From contig JAXIPA010000053.1 of assembly GCA_045403145.1 (NCBI GenBank), positions 1 to 60,489 on the forward strand: a DNA stretch of 60,489 bases. Direction: 5' to 3'. This DNA comes from Nitrospirota bacterium. GTDB lineage: Bacteria > Nitrospirota > UBA9217. Shown in pieces: positions 35,149-44,061 of the stretch (position 1 is its first letter; every line of letters begins with the position of its first letter). A program made the translations under genes and the position numbers. The notes beneath the pieces are model-generated. The model saw nothing but the letters and a program-made list of their open reading frames with translations. It ran no database searches and was not told the origin of the DNA.

Positions 35149-36519
35149 ATGCTGATCGACACCCACGCGCACCTTGAAATGCGCGAGTTCAACGACGACC
35201 GCGAGGACGTGATCAAACGGGCACGGGAAGCGGGCGTCGAATACATCGTGACCATCGGGACCACCGTCGAATCCAGCCGCGACGCGGTGCTGCTCGCGGA
35301 CAAGTACGATTTCATCTACGCGGCCATCGGCATCCATCCGCACGAGGTCAAGGACATCCTCCATCCCGCCTACGACATCATCCGGCATTTTGCGCAGCAT
35401 AAGAAGGTCGTCGCCTACGGAGAGATCGGGCTCGACTATCACTACGAACATTCGCCGCGGGCCGATCAAAAGCGGAAGTTCCGCGACATGCTGCGCGAGG
35501 CGCGCCAGCTCGACCTTCCCGTTATCATCCACGACCGCGACGCCCACGAGGACACGCTCCGGATCATCTCGGAAGAATGGTCGCCGGACCTGGGCGGCGT
35601 CATGCACTGCTTCTCCGGGGACGCCGCGATGGCGAAGAAGGTGATCGAGATGGGGTTTTCGATCTCCATAGCCGGACCGGTCACGTTCCCCAAGGCGGAG
35701 TCTCTGCGTGAGGTCGTCCGTCAGGTCCCCATCGAACACCTGCTGATCGAGACGGACTCGCCGTACCTTGCGCCCCAGCCCGTGCGCGGCAAACGGAACG
35801 AACCGGCCTTTGTGCGGCATACCGCGGAGATGGTCGCGCAGGTCAAGGGCCTCTCCTTCGACGACGTCGGCCGCATTACGAGCTTTAACGCCATGCAGCT
35901 CTTCGGCATCGGGAAGGTCCCCGATCGCGGCCAAATAACCTATCCCATCCGGAATTCGCTCTACCTCAACATCACGAACCGCTGCACCGCTGCCTGCACC
36001 TTCTGCGTGCGTTACCATACGGATTTCGTAAAAGGGCACAACCTCCGGCTTGCCGAGGAGCCGGCTGCCGAGGCCGTCATCAAGGAGATCGGCGATCCCA
36101 CACGGTATGCCGAGGTCGTGTTCTGCGGGTACGGGGAGCCGCTCCTGCGCCTCGACGCGGTCAAGGCCATAGCCGCCGAAGTGAAACGGCGGGGCGGTAG
36201 GGTGCGCATCGACACGAACGGCCACGCGAACCTCATCCATAAGCGGAACGTGCTGCCCGAGTTTGCCGGGCTCGTGGACTCTGTGAGCGTGAGCCTGAAC
36301 GCCCAGAACGCGGAGGTCTACGAAAAGCTGACCCAGCCCAAATTCGGCGCCCCGACCTATGACGCGGTAAAGGAATTCATCCGCGAGGCGAAAAAGTACG
36401 TCCCCGACGTGACCGCCACGGTCGTATCCGCTCCCGGCGTTGACATCGACGCATGCCGAAAAATCGCCGAAGAGCTCGGCGCGAAGTTCCGGGTGCGGGA
36501 GTATAACGTCGTAGGGTGA
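35149..36519 (+). CDS. TatD-family metal-dependent hydrolase fused to a radical SAM domain
   Basis: N-terminus LIDTHAHLEM...HCFSG...ETDSPYLAP (TatD). C-terminal half has LNITNRCTAACTFC (CX3CX2C) and GYGEPLL. Confidence 0.85.
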   Translation: MLIDTHAHLEMREFNDDREDVIKRAREAGVEYIVTIGTTVESSRDAVLLADKYDFIYAAIGIHPHEVKDILHPAYDIIRHFAQHKKVVAYGEIGLDYHYEHSPRADQKRKFRDMLREARQLDLPVIIHDRDAHEDTLRIISEEWSPDLGGVMHCFSGDAAMAKKVIEMGFSISIAGPVTFPKAESLREVVRQVPIEHLLIETDSPYLAPQPVRGKRNEPAFVRHTAEMVAQVKGLSFDDVGRITSFNAMQLFGIGKVPDRGQITYPIRNSLYLNITNRCTAACTFCVRYHTDFVKGHNLRLAEEPAAEAVIKEIGDPTRYAEVVFCGYGEPLLRLDAVKAIAAEVKRRGGRVRIDTNGHANLIHKRNVLPEFAGLVDSVSVSLNAQNAEVYEKLTQPKFGAPTYDAVKEFIREAKKYVPDVTATVVSAPGVDIDACRKIAEELGAKFRVREYNVVG

Positions 36520-36559
36520 CACGGTTCCGGATAATCTCAACCTTCAAACGAGGTGAGCG

Positions 36560-37609
36560 GTGAAAAACCTGATCGCAGTCCTGCTCATCATGACCGTGTC
36601 TGCGGCTTGGGCGCCGAACGCCGGCGGGGCGGATGCGCCGACGAGGTTCGATGCATCAGCGCGGGCAAAAAGGCGCATCGAGCGGGAAAGACGATTCCTG
36701 TATAGTGCTGTTGATGAATTGCACAGATCGCGAGAGTACGTGCTGGCGACGATGCGCGCATTGGAAAAACAGGCCGATGCAGTGGACAGCCTCGAACCGC
36801 CAGGAAGAGAAAGAGACCTCAGGTCCTATCTGGAGTGGTACCATGCATATTTGGAATGGCTCCAGGATAACATTATGGATTTTGAAGCGGACCTTTCGGG
36901 AGTGTATTCCGATGAGCAGGAGGCCGGCGTCAACCCGGACCGCTATTCTTCCCTTGTCGAGGGCTGTACCCAATTGGGTTCGCAACTGGGGGAATCAGTA
37001 GCATATTTGGAAAAATTGAACGACAGGACGGAACGGCAGATCGGAGGACTCAGGCTGGCGCTGGAATATATTTCTTCCGCTGCGTTTCTCGAAGAAAGAA
37101 ACAGGGGTAATAAACAGTCGAAGCCCGGGACCGATCGTCGGAGAGACGAAACGTTCGAGAGGTACAAGGACATCACCGATGTCGAGATAATGCAGATGCA
37201 GCTTGAGCTCAAGAACCTCATGGAGCTGCAGAAACATTACGCCGTACTGATCGAGATGGGGCGTATGGAGTTGTCCTGGCTCGGGCGCAAGACCGGCGAC
37301 TACGAGGCGCTCGGCCGGCTCGCTATGGCTGTCAGCAGGGACGCCGCTGTTTCCATCGAAGAGGCCTCCAACCAAATGATAAAACTTTACGAGTCCGATA
37401 TTGTCTATTTCAATAGAAAGGTCGATGACATTTCCCGTGCGCGGTCTCGCATCGTCCCCGCCGGCACGCTGAAAACGCTGGACCGGATGGAAGAGCTGGC
37501 AGGGAATTACGGCCGGATGAAGAGCAGATACGAGCGTCATATGACATGGCTTGCGGAGCAGGCCGGCGCCTACCGGGCGGACCTCATCGAACTCGGCAAG
37601 GAGAAATAG
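36560..37609 (+). CDS. secreted helical protein, hypothetical
   Basis: GTG start behind GAGGTG; signal peptide MKNLIAVLLIMTVSAAWA; long helical/coiled-coil-like body. No family recognised. Confidence 0.6.
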   Translation: MKNLIAVLLIMTVSAAWAPNAGGADAPTRFDASARAKRRIERERRFLYSAVDELHRSREYVLATMRALEKQADAVDSLEPPGRERDLRSYLEWYHAYLEWLQDNIMDFEADLSGVYSDEQEAGVNPDRYSSLVEGCTQLGSQLGESVAYLEKLNDRTERQIGGLRLALEYISSAAFLEERNRGNKQSKPGTDRRRDETFERYKDITDVEIMQMQLELKNLMELQKHYAVLIEMGRMELSWLGRKTGDYEALGRLAMAVSRDAAVSIEEASNQMIKLYESDIVYFNRKVDDISRARSRIVPAGTLKTLDRMEELAGNYGRMKSRYERHMTWLAEQAGAYRADLIELGKEK

Positions 37610-37696
37610 AACGAATATGCGGCAGACATGCAGTCCGCGGGTTGGAAAGATCCACCTTGCCCGACATTTTGACCCACTACCTTTTGTCAGGATACA

Positions 37697-37725
37697 TTGA
37701 CTTTCCCCCCTGTTTCGGTTAATAT
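37697..37725 (+). promoter_or_regulatory. sigma70-like promoter of purH
   Basis: TTGACT 37697-37702, 17-nt spacer, TAATAT 37720-37725. GGGAGG SD before GTG 37771. Confidence 0.55.
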
Positions 37726-37770
37726 TCCCCTTGTCTTTACAGCATAATCTTTCACCGGGAGGTCCATTCC

Positions 37771-39330
37771 GTGGCCAAGGTGCAGCGCGCGCTCATCAGT
37801 GTTTCGAACAAGGACGGCATTCTCGATTTCGCCCGGGAGATATCCAAGCTCGGCATCGAGATCCTTTCAACAGGCGGAACGGCGAAAATGCTGCGAGACG
37901 CCGGCGTTCCAGTGAAGGACGTGTCGGAATTTACGGGTTTCCCGGAAATGCTCGACGGACGGGTTAAGACCCTGCACCCGAAGGTCCACGGCGGCCTTTT
38001 AGGCAGGCGGGGCAACCCCGAACACGTGAAACAGATGAAGCAGCACGGGATCGAGCCCATCGATCTCGTGGTCGTGAACCTTTACCCCTTTGAGCAGACC
38101 GTGGCCAAGCCGGGCTGCACCCTTGAAGACGCCATCGAGAACATCGACATCGGCGGCCCGACCATGCTGCGCTCCGCGGCCAAGAACCACACCGACGTCG
38201 CGGTGGTGGTCTCCCCCCGCGATTACGCGAGGGTGCTCGAAGAGCTCCGGAAGCACGGCGAGGTGTCCGCGAAGACCCGCTTCGAGCTGTGCCGGACCGT
38301 GTTTCTCCATACTGCCCGCTACGACAGCGCGATCTCGGCCTGGCTCGACAACCAGGTGCCCGCGGACGAGAAGACGCGGTTCCCGAACATCCTGACGCTC
38401 CAGTTCGAGAAGGTCCAGAACCTGCGGTACGGCGAGAACCCGCACCAGCAGGGTGCGTTCTACCGTGAGTTCGGCAGGAAGGAGCCTTCCGTCGCCCATG
38501 CGAAGCAGCTCCAGGGCAAGGAGATGTCGTTCAACAACTTCCTCGACGCGAACAGCGCGCTCGAGCTTGCGAAGGAATATGAAGAGACCGTCGCCGTGAT
38601 CGTAAAGCACAACAACCCCTGCGGCGTGGCCACGGCGGCAAGCCTCGCCGACGCCTTTCGCAAGGCGCGCGACTGCGACCCCGTTTCGGCCTTTGGCGGG
38701 GTGATCGCCTTCAACCGCATGGTCGACTTCGAGACCGCGAAAGAGCTGACCGCAACCTTTGTGGAGGTGGTGGCCGCACCCGAATTCGCACCCGATGCGC
38801 TTGAGGAACTGAAAAAGAAAAAAGACGTGCGGCTCCTCGACATCGGCCCCACGGTCAAGGGAACGCCCGAGGGAATGGACCTGAAAAAAATCACGGGCGG
38901 CCTCATTTACCAGGACCGCGACCTCGGCAGGATCGCCGACATTCGGGCCCTGCGCGTGGCAACGAAGCGTACGCCCACGGATGATGAATACGAAGCCCTC
39001 GCCTTCGCCTGGAAGGTGTGCAAACATGTGAAATCCAATGCCATCGTGTTCACCAGGAAAGACCGGACCGTCGGCATCGGCGCGGGCCAGATGAGCCGCC
39101 TCGACTCGGTCAAGATAGCGAAGCTAAAGGCGCAGTTCCCGCTCGCGGGCACCGTGCTTGCGTCGGATGCGTTTTTCCCCTTCCGCGACGGATTGGAAGA
39201 GGCCGCCCACGCGGGCGTGACGGCCGTGATCCAGCCCGGCGGGTCGCTCAAGGACGAAGAAGTGACAAAAGCGGCCGACGAGCACGGGATCGCCATGATC
39301 ATGACGGGGATGCGGCACTTCAGGCATTAA
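37771..39330 (+). CDS. purH: bifunctional AICAR transformylase / IMP cyclohydrolase
   Basis: ALISVSNKDGILDFAREISKLGIEILSTGGTAKML...VKTLHPKVHGG...: canonical PurH, 519 aa. Confidence 0.95.
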   Translation: MAKVQRALISVSNKDGILDFAREISKLGIEILSTGGTAKMLRDAGVPVKDVSEFTGFPEMLDGRVKTLHPKVHGGLLGRRGNPEHVKQMKQHGIEPIDLVVVNLYPFEQTVAKPGCTLEDAIENIDIGGPTMLRSAAKNHTDVAVVVSPRDYARVLEELRKHGEVSAKTRFELCRTVFLHTARYDSAISAWLDNQVPADEKTRFPNILTLQFEKVQNLRYGENPHQQGAFYREFGRKEPSVAHAKQLQGKEMSFNNFLDANSALELAKEYEETVAVIVKHNNPCGVATAASLADAFRKARDCDPVSAFGGVIAFNRMVDFETAKELTATFVEVVAAPEFAPDALEELKKKKDVRLLDIGPTVKGTPEGMDLKKITGGLIYQDRDLGRIADIRALRVATKRTPTDDEYEALAFAWKVCKHVKSNAIVFTRKDRTVGIGAGQMSRLDSVKIAKLKAQFPLAGTVLASDAFFPFRDGLEEAAHAGVTAVIQPGGSLKDEEVTKAADEHGIAMIMTGMRHFRH

Positions 39331-39352
39331 CGACAGCCCCGGTTTGTCGATA

Positions 39353-39928
39353 ATGAAAATGAAAACAACTCTCATGGCGGCGGTCTGCTGCGCGGCGATA
39401 CTGTCGGGATGCAGCAGGGTTGAGGAAAAGAAGGCGCCCTCCGCTCATCACCGGACTGAGCAGGTCACCAAGCCCGATGACGGGCAGACCCCCTATTACC
39501 AAGGATTGATCGAGGAGTACCAATCAATCCTCGCCGCGGACCCGAACAACCTTACAGCGCTGATTGCGCTCGGTGACGCATACTTCGACACCGGCCGGTG
39601 GAAAGAGGCGAGCAAGTTCTACGAGCAGGCGCTTCTGCTCGACCCGCGGAACGCCGACGTCCGGTCCGATTTGGGGACCACATACCGGGAGCTTGGCATG
39701 CCTGACCAGGCGCTCGCCGAGTACCGCCTCGCGTTGGGGCACGACCCGGGACATCTGAACGCGCGCTACAACATGGGGATTGTCTATGCCTACGACAAGA
39801 AGGACCCCCGCACAGCCATTCATATTTGGGAGGAACTTCTGAAGATGGCGCCGCAATTCCCCCAGGCCGACGCCATCAGGTTGAACGTGGCAACATTGAA
39901 ACAGCAGGCCAAAAAGGAAACCCGATGA
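39353..39928 (+). CDS. TPR-repeat lipoprotein
   Basis: MKMKTTLMAAVCCAAILSGC lipobox, and three or more TPR units (ALGDAYFDTGRWKEASKFYEQALLLDP...). The track start TTG 39344 is equally possible. Confidence 0.7.
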   Translation: MKMKTTLMAAVCCAAILSGCSRVEEKKAPSAHHRTEQVTKPDDGQTPYYQGLIEEYQSILAADPNNLTALIALGDAYFDTGRWKEASKFYEQALLLDPRNADVRSDLGTTYRELGMPDQALAEYRLALGHDPGHLNARYNMGIVYAYDKKDPRTAIHIWEELLKMAPQFPQADAIRLNVATLKQQAKKETR

Positions 39929-40185
39929 TACGCAGTCTGGTGATTTTTGTTTTCATTCTCGCGGTCTATTACGCGCTTAAGACCGTGGTCCGCTCCGCGG
40001 TCAAGTCGTACCACGAAGAGGACCAAAAGCGCACCCGCATCATGGGCGAAGACATGGTACAGGACCCCGAATGCCACACCTACGTTCCGAAGGGGCGTGC
40101 CGTGACCCGGCATATCGGCGGCAGGCTCCGGTATTTCTGCAGCGAGGCTTGCGCGAGCCAGTACGAGGAAAAGAACCGCGCCTGA
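39925..40185 (+). CDS. small membrane protein with TRASH/YHS-like Cys motif
   Basis: ATG 39925 overlaps the TPR gene stop (ATGA). One TM helix, then C-X21-C-X3-C (ECHTYVPKGRAVTRHIGGRLRYFCSEAC). Confidence 0.55.
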   Translation: MIRSLVIFVFILAVYYALKTVVRSAVKSYHEEDQKRTRIMGEDMVQDPECHTYVPKGRAVTRHIGGRLRYFCSEACASQYEEKNRA

Positions 40186-40206
40186 CCGCGGACGCACCCT
40201 TACGGA

Positions 40207-40839
40207 ATGTCACGGATTCGAAAAAATATTTTTCCCCTGCTCAGAGTTGCCGCCGCGCTCCTGCTCTTAAGCTGCATGTCTCCCGCACCGGAGACCCCCG
40301 CTCCGGACCCCAACGCCTTCGCATCCCAGCTTGCTTCACTGGCCGGCCGGCTCCGGCTGGTCATCAGTAAGTCCCATTATACGCTCACGCTCTACAAGGG
40401 CGACCAGCCTGTGAAAACCTACAGGGCCGTGTTCGGAAAAGGCTACTTGGGCGGTGACAAACAGATGCAGGGCGACAAACGGACACCGGAAGGTGACTTC
40501 TACATCTGCACCATGAACCACAGCAGACGGTTTTACAAGTTCATGGGCTTGAGCTACCCCGGGCTGAAGCACGCGGAGCGCGGCCTGCAATCGAGGAGGA
40601 TTTCCATTGCCGATTACGTGGCTATCAAGAAGGCGGTCGACGGGCGGAACCCGCCGCCCTGGGACACTCCCCTCGGCGGGGCCGTCGGCATCCATGGACG
40701 GACGGAGAGCGGTTCCCCAGGGCCGGATACCCTCGCCGGCATGAACTGGACCGACGGCTGCATCGCCCTGGAGAATACCGATGTGGACGAGATCTATAGC
40801 GTGGCGTCCCTCGGCACGCCTGTGACGATTCTTCCGTGA
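40207..40839 (+). CDS. L,D-transpeptidase (YkuD domain) lipoprotein
   Basis: Lipobox LLLSC. Catalytic GIHGRTESG...TDGCIALENTDVDEIY (H...GC motif). Confidence 0.85.
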   Translation: MSRIRKNIFPLLRVAAALLLLSCMSPAPETPAPDPNAFASQLASLAGRLRLVISKSHYTLTLYKGDQPVKTYRAVFGKGYLGGDKQMQGDKRTPEGDFYICTMNHSRRFYKFMGLSYPGLKHAERGLQSRRISIADYVAIKKAVDGRNPPPWDTPLGGAVGIHGRTESGSPGPDTLAGMNWTDGCIALENTDVDEIYSVASLGTPVTILP

Positions 40840-40897
40840 AAGAAACCAGGACAAAGTTCGGAGTGCTTGCTAAGACGATCATTAGTAATGCCTAATA

Positions 40898-40975
40898 CCG
40901 TCATTCCGGGTTTGACCCGGAATCCAGAGGTTTTTCAGCTAAAATCCTGGATTCCTGCTTTCGCAGGAATGACGA
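40898..40975. repeat. TIR-less core of the MITE family
   Basis: CGTCATTCCGGGTTTGACCCGGAATCCAG ... CTGGATTCCTGCTTTCGCAGGAATGACG. Confidence 0.55.
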
Positions 40976-41057
40976 ACGTTTGGGCTTTACTCTGAATGTC
41001 TTGGTAGTTCATAGTTTTTGGCAACTGCCGTAAGCTGCAAGCTGCGGTCTCTTATTC

Positions 41058-42320
41058 ATGAAGCATAAGCAAACACAAAACGGTAATTTGCTGGAGCGCT
41101 ATCGCAGTGACATCTCCCGCTGCGTTAAGTGCGGGGCATGCCGCGCCGTCTGCCCTCCGTTCCTGAAGGAACGGGGTGAGTCGTCGTCGGCCCGCGGCAG
41201 GATGGCTCTCGTTCAGGCCGTCCTTGAGGGACAGCTCGCGGTTTCCGCGGTTTTCAAGGACCGCCTCGCGACGTGCACGGGGTGCCTTGCGTGCGAGGCC
41301 GCCTGCCCGAGCAGGGTGCCCGTCACTGCGGTCATTCAGGCCGCGAAGGAGCAGGCGATCTCGGAAGCCGGGACCGGCATCATCAACAGGCTCATTGCGG
41401 GCGTGGTGAAGCACCCTGCCGCGTTCCGCGCATCTTTGTGGCTCGCTCCGGTGATGCTGCGGTATTCAAAAAATGCGGAATGCGGATTGCGGAATGCGGA
41501 ATCCGGATTTCGGATTGCGGATTTCGGATTGCGGAATGAGAACAAAAAGACCAAAGGCTCGAAAGGGACGGTCGTTTTTTTCTCCGGATGCGCCGTAGAG
41601 TACTTTCAGCCGGAAATCGGAAAGGCAACGATCGGCGTTCTGAACTCGATCGGATACGACGTCGTTATTCCTGACGGCCTCAAGTGCTGCGGAAGGCCGC
41701 TTTTGTCTCTCGGCGACCGCAGGGCAGCGGAGGAGCTTGCGGCGCATAATGCCGCGCTCCTGGAGGCAGTTAGAGCCGATGCAATCGTCACTGCCTGCGC
41801 CTCCTGCGGCTTGACTTTTAAAAAGGAATATCCTAAACTGCTGCGGTCCGGAGCAAAGGCGCCGGCGGTTTTGGACATTCATGAGTTTCTCGCCGGCCAT
41901 ATTTCCGGGCTCAAACTCGGTCCGGTCAAAAAAACGGTCACCTGGCACGATCCCTGCCACCTCAACAGGGGCCAGGGATTGTCCGGAACGGCACGCGACA
42001 TCCTCCGCGCCGTCCCCGGTCTGGCGCTCGAAGAGATGCGCAACGCCGACCGCTGCTGCGGGTTCGGCGGCGTGATGCGGCTCACCCACCACCGGCTCTC
42101 CAATGGCATCGCAGGAGAAAAGGCCGGCAACATCATGGCCACGAAGGCATCAGCGGTGGTCACGGGCTGCCCCGGCTGCCGCATGCAGATCGCGAATGCG
42201 CTGAACCAGGCCGGTTCTCGAATCGAGGTGCTGCACACGGTGCAGATATTGGAAGAAGCGCTTTTAAATGCGGAGCGTGAGAAGGGACCAGTTAATCAGA
42301 AAGGGAAAAAAGGCACATGA
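41058..42320 (+). CDS. glcF: Fe-S oxidoreductase, GlcF / HdrD-like (2x 4Fe-4S + 2 CCG domains) carrying an in-frame repeat insertion
   Basis: [12 protein letters not shown] and [12 protein letters not shown] ferredoxin motifs. CCG motifs ([15 protein letters not shown]). The linker contains [24 protein letters not shown], encoded by the family B array. Confidence 0.85.
   Translation: MKHKQTQNGNLLERYRSDISRCVKCGACRAVCPPFLKERGESSSARGRMALVQAVLEGQLAVSAVFKDRLATCTGCLACEAACPSRVPVTAVIQAAKEQAISEAGTGIINRLIAGVVKHPAAFRASLWLAPVMLRYSKNAECGLRNAESGFRIADFGLRNENKKTKGSKGTVVFFSGCAVEYFQPEIGKATIGVLNSIGYDVVIPDGLKCCGRPLLSLGDRRAAEELAAHNAALLEAVRADAIVTACASCGLTFKKEYPKLLRSGAKAPAVLDIHEFLAGHISGLKLGPVKKTVTWHDPCHLNRGQGLSGTARDILRAVPGLALEEMRNADRCCGFGGVMRLTHHRLSNGIAGEKAGNIMATKASAVVTGCPGCRMQIANALNQAGSRIEVLHTVQILEEALLNAEREKGPVNQKGKKGT
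41472..41537 (+). repeat. Family B heptamer array inside coding sequence
   Basis: AATGCGG AATGCGG ATTGCGG AATGCGG AATCCGG ATTTCGG ATTGCGG ATTTCGG ATTGCGG AATG: nine heptads. Confidence 0.8.
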
Positions 42321-42964
42321 AATTTTTCATCGATACGGCAAATGTAAATGAGATCCGCGAGGCGGCGAGCCTCGGTGTGGTTGACGGCGTCACCACCAAC
42401 CCTTCGCTTATCGCCAGGGAAGGGAGGGACTTCAAGCAGGTGATCGCCGAGATCTGCTCCATAGTGGACGGCCCCATCAGCGCCGAGGCCGTGAGCCTCG
42501 ATGCGGACAAGATGGTCGACGAGGGTGTCGAGCTCGCCAATATCCACAAGAACATCGTGGTGAAGCTGCCGATGACCAAGGCAGGGCTCAAAGCAACAAA
42601 GGTGCTCGCGGGGAAGGGCATCAACGTAAACATGACCCTGGTGTTTTCGCCCATGCAGGCGCTGCTCGCGGCAAAGGTCGGAGCGGCCTACGTGAGCCCC
42701 TTCGTGGGCAGGCTCGACGACATCAGCCACTACGGCATGGACCTCGTGCGCCAGATCGTGACGATCTACGACAATTACGGCTACGGGACCGAGGTGATCG
42801 TCGCCAGCGTACGGAACCCCCTCCATGTCGTTGACGCGGCCCTGGCGGGCGCGCACATCGCAACGATCCCCTTCAGCGTCATCGACCAGCTCGTCAAGCA
42901 CCCGCTGACCGACCTCGGGATCGAGAAATTCCTGGCGGACTGGAAAAAACTGGAAAAGAAGTAG
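42317..42964 (+). CDS. tal: transaldolase / fructose-6-phosphate aldolase (short subfamily)
   Basis: [31 protein letters not shown]...VVKLPMT...SPFVGRLDD: canonical. ATGA overlap with the upstream gene. Confidence 0.9.
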   Translation: MKFFIDTANVNEIREAASLGVVDGVTTNPSLIAREGRDFKQVIAEICSIVDGPISAEAVSLDADKMVDEGVELANIHKNIVVKLPMTKAGLKATKVLAGKGINVNMTLVFSPMQALLAAKVGAAYVSPFVGRLDDISHYGMDLVRQIVTIYDNYGYGTEVIVASVRNPLHVVDAALAGAHIATIPFSVIDQLVKHPLTDLGIEKFLADWKKLEKK

Positions 42965-42969
42965 AATTA

Positions 42970-43127
42970 TTTCACCGCGGAGGACGCAGAGGTCGCTGAG
43001 GAAGCAACAGCAAGAGTGAAACTGACAAAAATTGAACGAGATAACATTGATTACTGATAACAGCATGCAATCTTTCAGCTTTTGATTTTATGAATTCTCT
43101 GCGTACTCTGCGCCCTCTGCGGTAAAA
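42970..43127. repeat. Family C oligomer-array inverted repeat
   Basis: TTTCACCGCGGAGGACGCAGAGGTCGCTGAGGAAGC (42970-43005) pairs with the reverse complement of TTCTCTGCGTACTCTGCGCCCTCTGCGGTAAAA (43095-43127). An approximately 89-nt AT-rich spacer separates them. Starts 6 nt after the tal stop. Confidence 0.6.
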
Positions 43128-43138
43128 GGGTTTGAATT

Positions 43139-43363
43139 ATGCCTATCTACGAATACCAATGCACGAACTGCAACTGCTGTTTTGAGAAGCTGGTTTTCGG
43201 GTCCAGCCCGGAAGTCACGTGCCCGAACTGCGGTTCGAAGGAGACGCAGAAGCGCCTCTCGAAATTCGGCATGGGCAAGTCTTCGAGCGCTCCGGCTTCA
43301 AGTTCATCGAGCGGCTCCGGCTGCGGCGGCTGTTCATCGTCGTCCTGCGCAGGCTGCCATTAA
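43139..43363 (+). CDS. FmdB-family zinc-ribbon protein
   Basis: MPIYEYQCTNCNCCFEKLV...VTCPNCGS: diagnostic FmdB N-terminus. Ser/Gly/Cys-rich tail. Confidence 0.85.
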   Translation: MPIYEYQCTNCNCCFEKLVFGSSPEVTCPNCGSKETQKRLSKFGMGKSSSAPASSSSSGSGCGGCSSSSCAGCH

Positions 43364-43387
43364 CGGCTCCCCGGGCCGGAGGACCCC

Positions 43388-43993
43388 TTGCATCCGATAA
43401 CGATCATCATCTTCTCGTCCATCCTGGTCCAGTTCACTTCGGCGGTCATGGCTGTCAGGCTGGTTTGGGTCACCCGCAAGCGCGGCGCCTGGCTGTTGAT
43501 CTCCCTCGCGATCATGCTCATGATGCTGCGGCGCGTCGTATCGCTCACCATGGTGATGTCCGGCGCTGAGGTCGAGACACCGGCTTATACCTTTGAAATC
43601 GTCGGACTTCTCACGTCGATACTCCTGCTGGCCGGCATTTACCGGATCAGGCCGATGTTCACCGCCATCGTGCGTTCGGAAGAAGAACTTCGCGCGATGA
43701 ATGAGAAGCTTGCGGCCCTTTCCCACGAACAGGCCCGCGACATCACCAGAAGGATCGAACTCGAGCAAGAGCGGGAAAGGCTGATCGCGGAACTCCAGGA
43801 GGCGCTTGCCAGCATCAAAACGCTGAAAGGGATGCTTCCCATCTGTTCATCCTGCAAGAAGGTCCGCGACGACAATGGGTACTGGAACCAGATCGAGGCC
43901 TACGTGAGCGAACACACGGAGGCGGAATTTACGCACGGAATCTGCCCCGAATGCGCGAAGAAATTGTATCCCAAACATTACAAGGATCGGTAA
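43388..43993 (+). CDS. membrane / coiled-coil protein with C-terminal four-Cys LPICSxCKK(I/V)RDD module
   Basis: TTG start behind GGAGGA. About four TM helices and a coiled coil, then MLPICSSCKKVRDDNGYWNQIEAYVSEHTEAEFTHGICPECAKKLY. Confidence 0.7.
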   Translation: MHPITIIIFSSILVQFTSAVMAVRLVWVTRKRGAWLLISLAIMLMMLRRVVSLTMVMSGAEVETPAYTFEIVGLLTSILLLAGIYRIRPMFTAIVRSEEELRAMNEKLAALSHEQARDITRRIELEQERERLIAELQEALASIKTLKGMLPICSSCKKVRDDNGYWNQIEAYVSEHTEAEFTHGICPECAKKLYPKHYKDR

Positions 43994-44061
43994 CTGTCCG
44001 CAGGATCAAGGTTTTTTCCTATGACTTTTGTGTTGACGAGAGGGACCTGAAGGGGTAACAT

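Noticed and set aside
37610-37770. ZTP (pfl) riboswitch upstream of purH, since purH is a classic ZTP-regulated gene. The segment GTCCGCGGGTTGGAAAGATCCACC looked vaguely like the P1/P2 region.
   Set aside because: The conserved ACTGGCG and CCGCCTGGGC elements are absent. The best promoter (37697-37725) lies downstream of the candidate aptamer, leaving only an approximately 40-nt leader.
41472-41537. Possibility that the heptamer or nonamer arrays are CRISPR arrays.
   Set aside because: The units are 7-10 nt and directly tandem, with no unique spacers. The arrays are under 40 nt per arm, and no cas genes are present.
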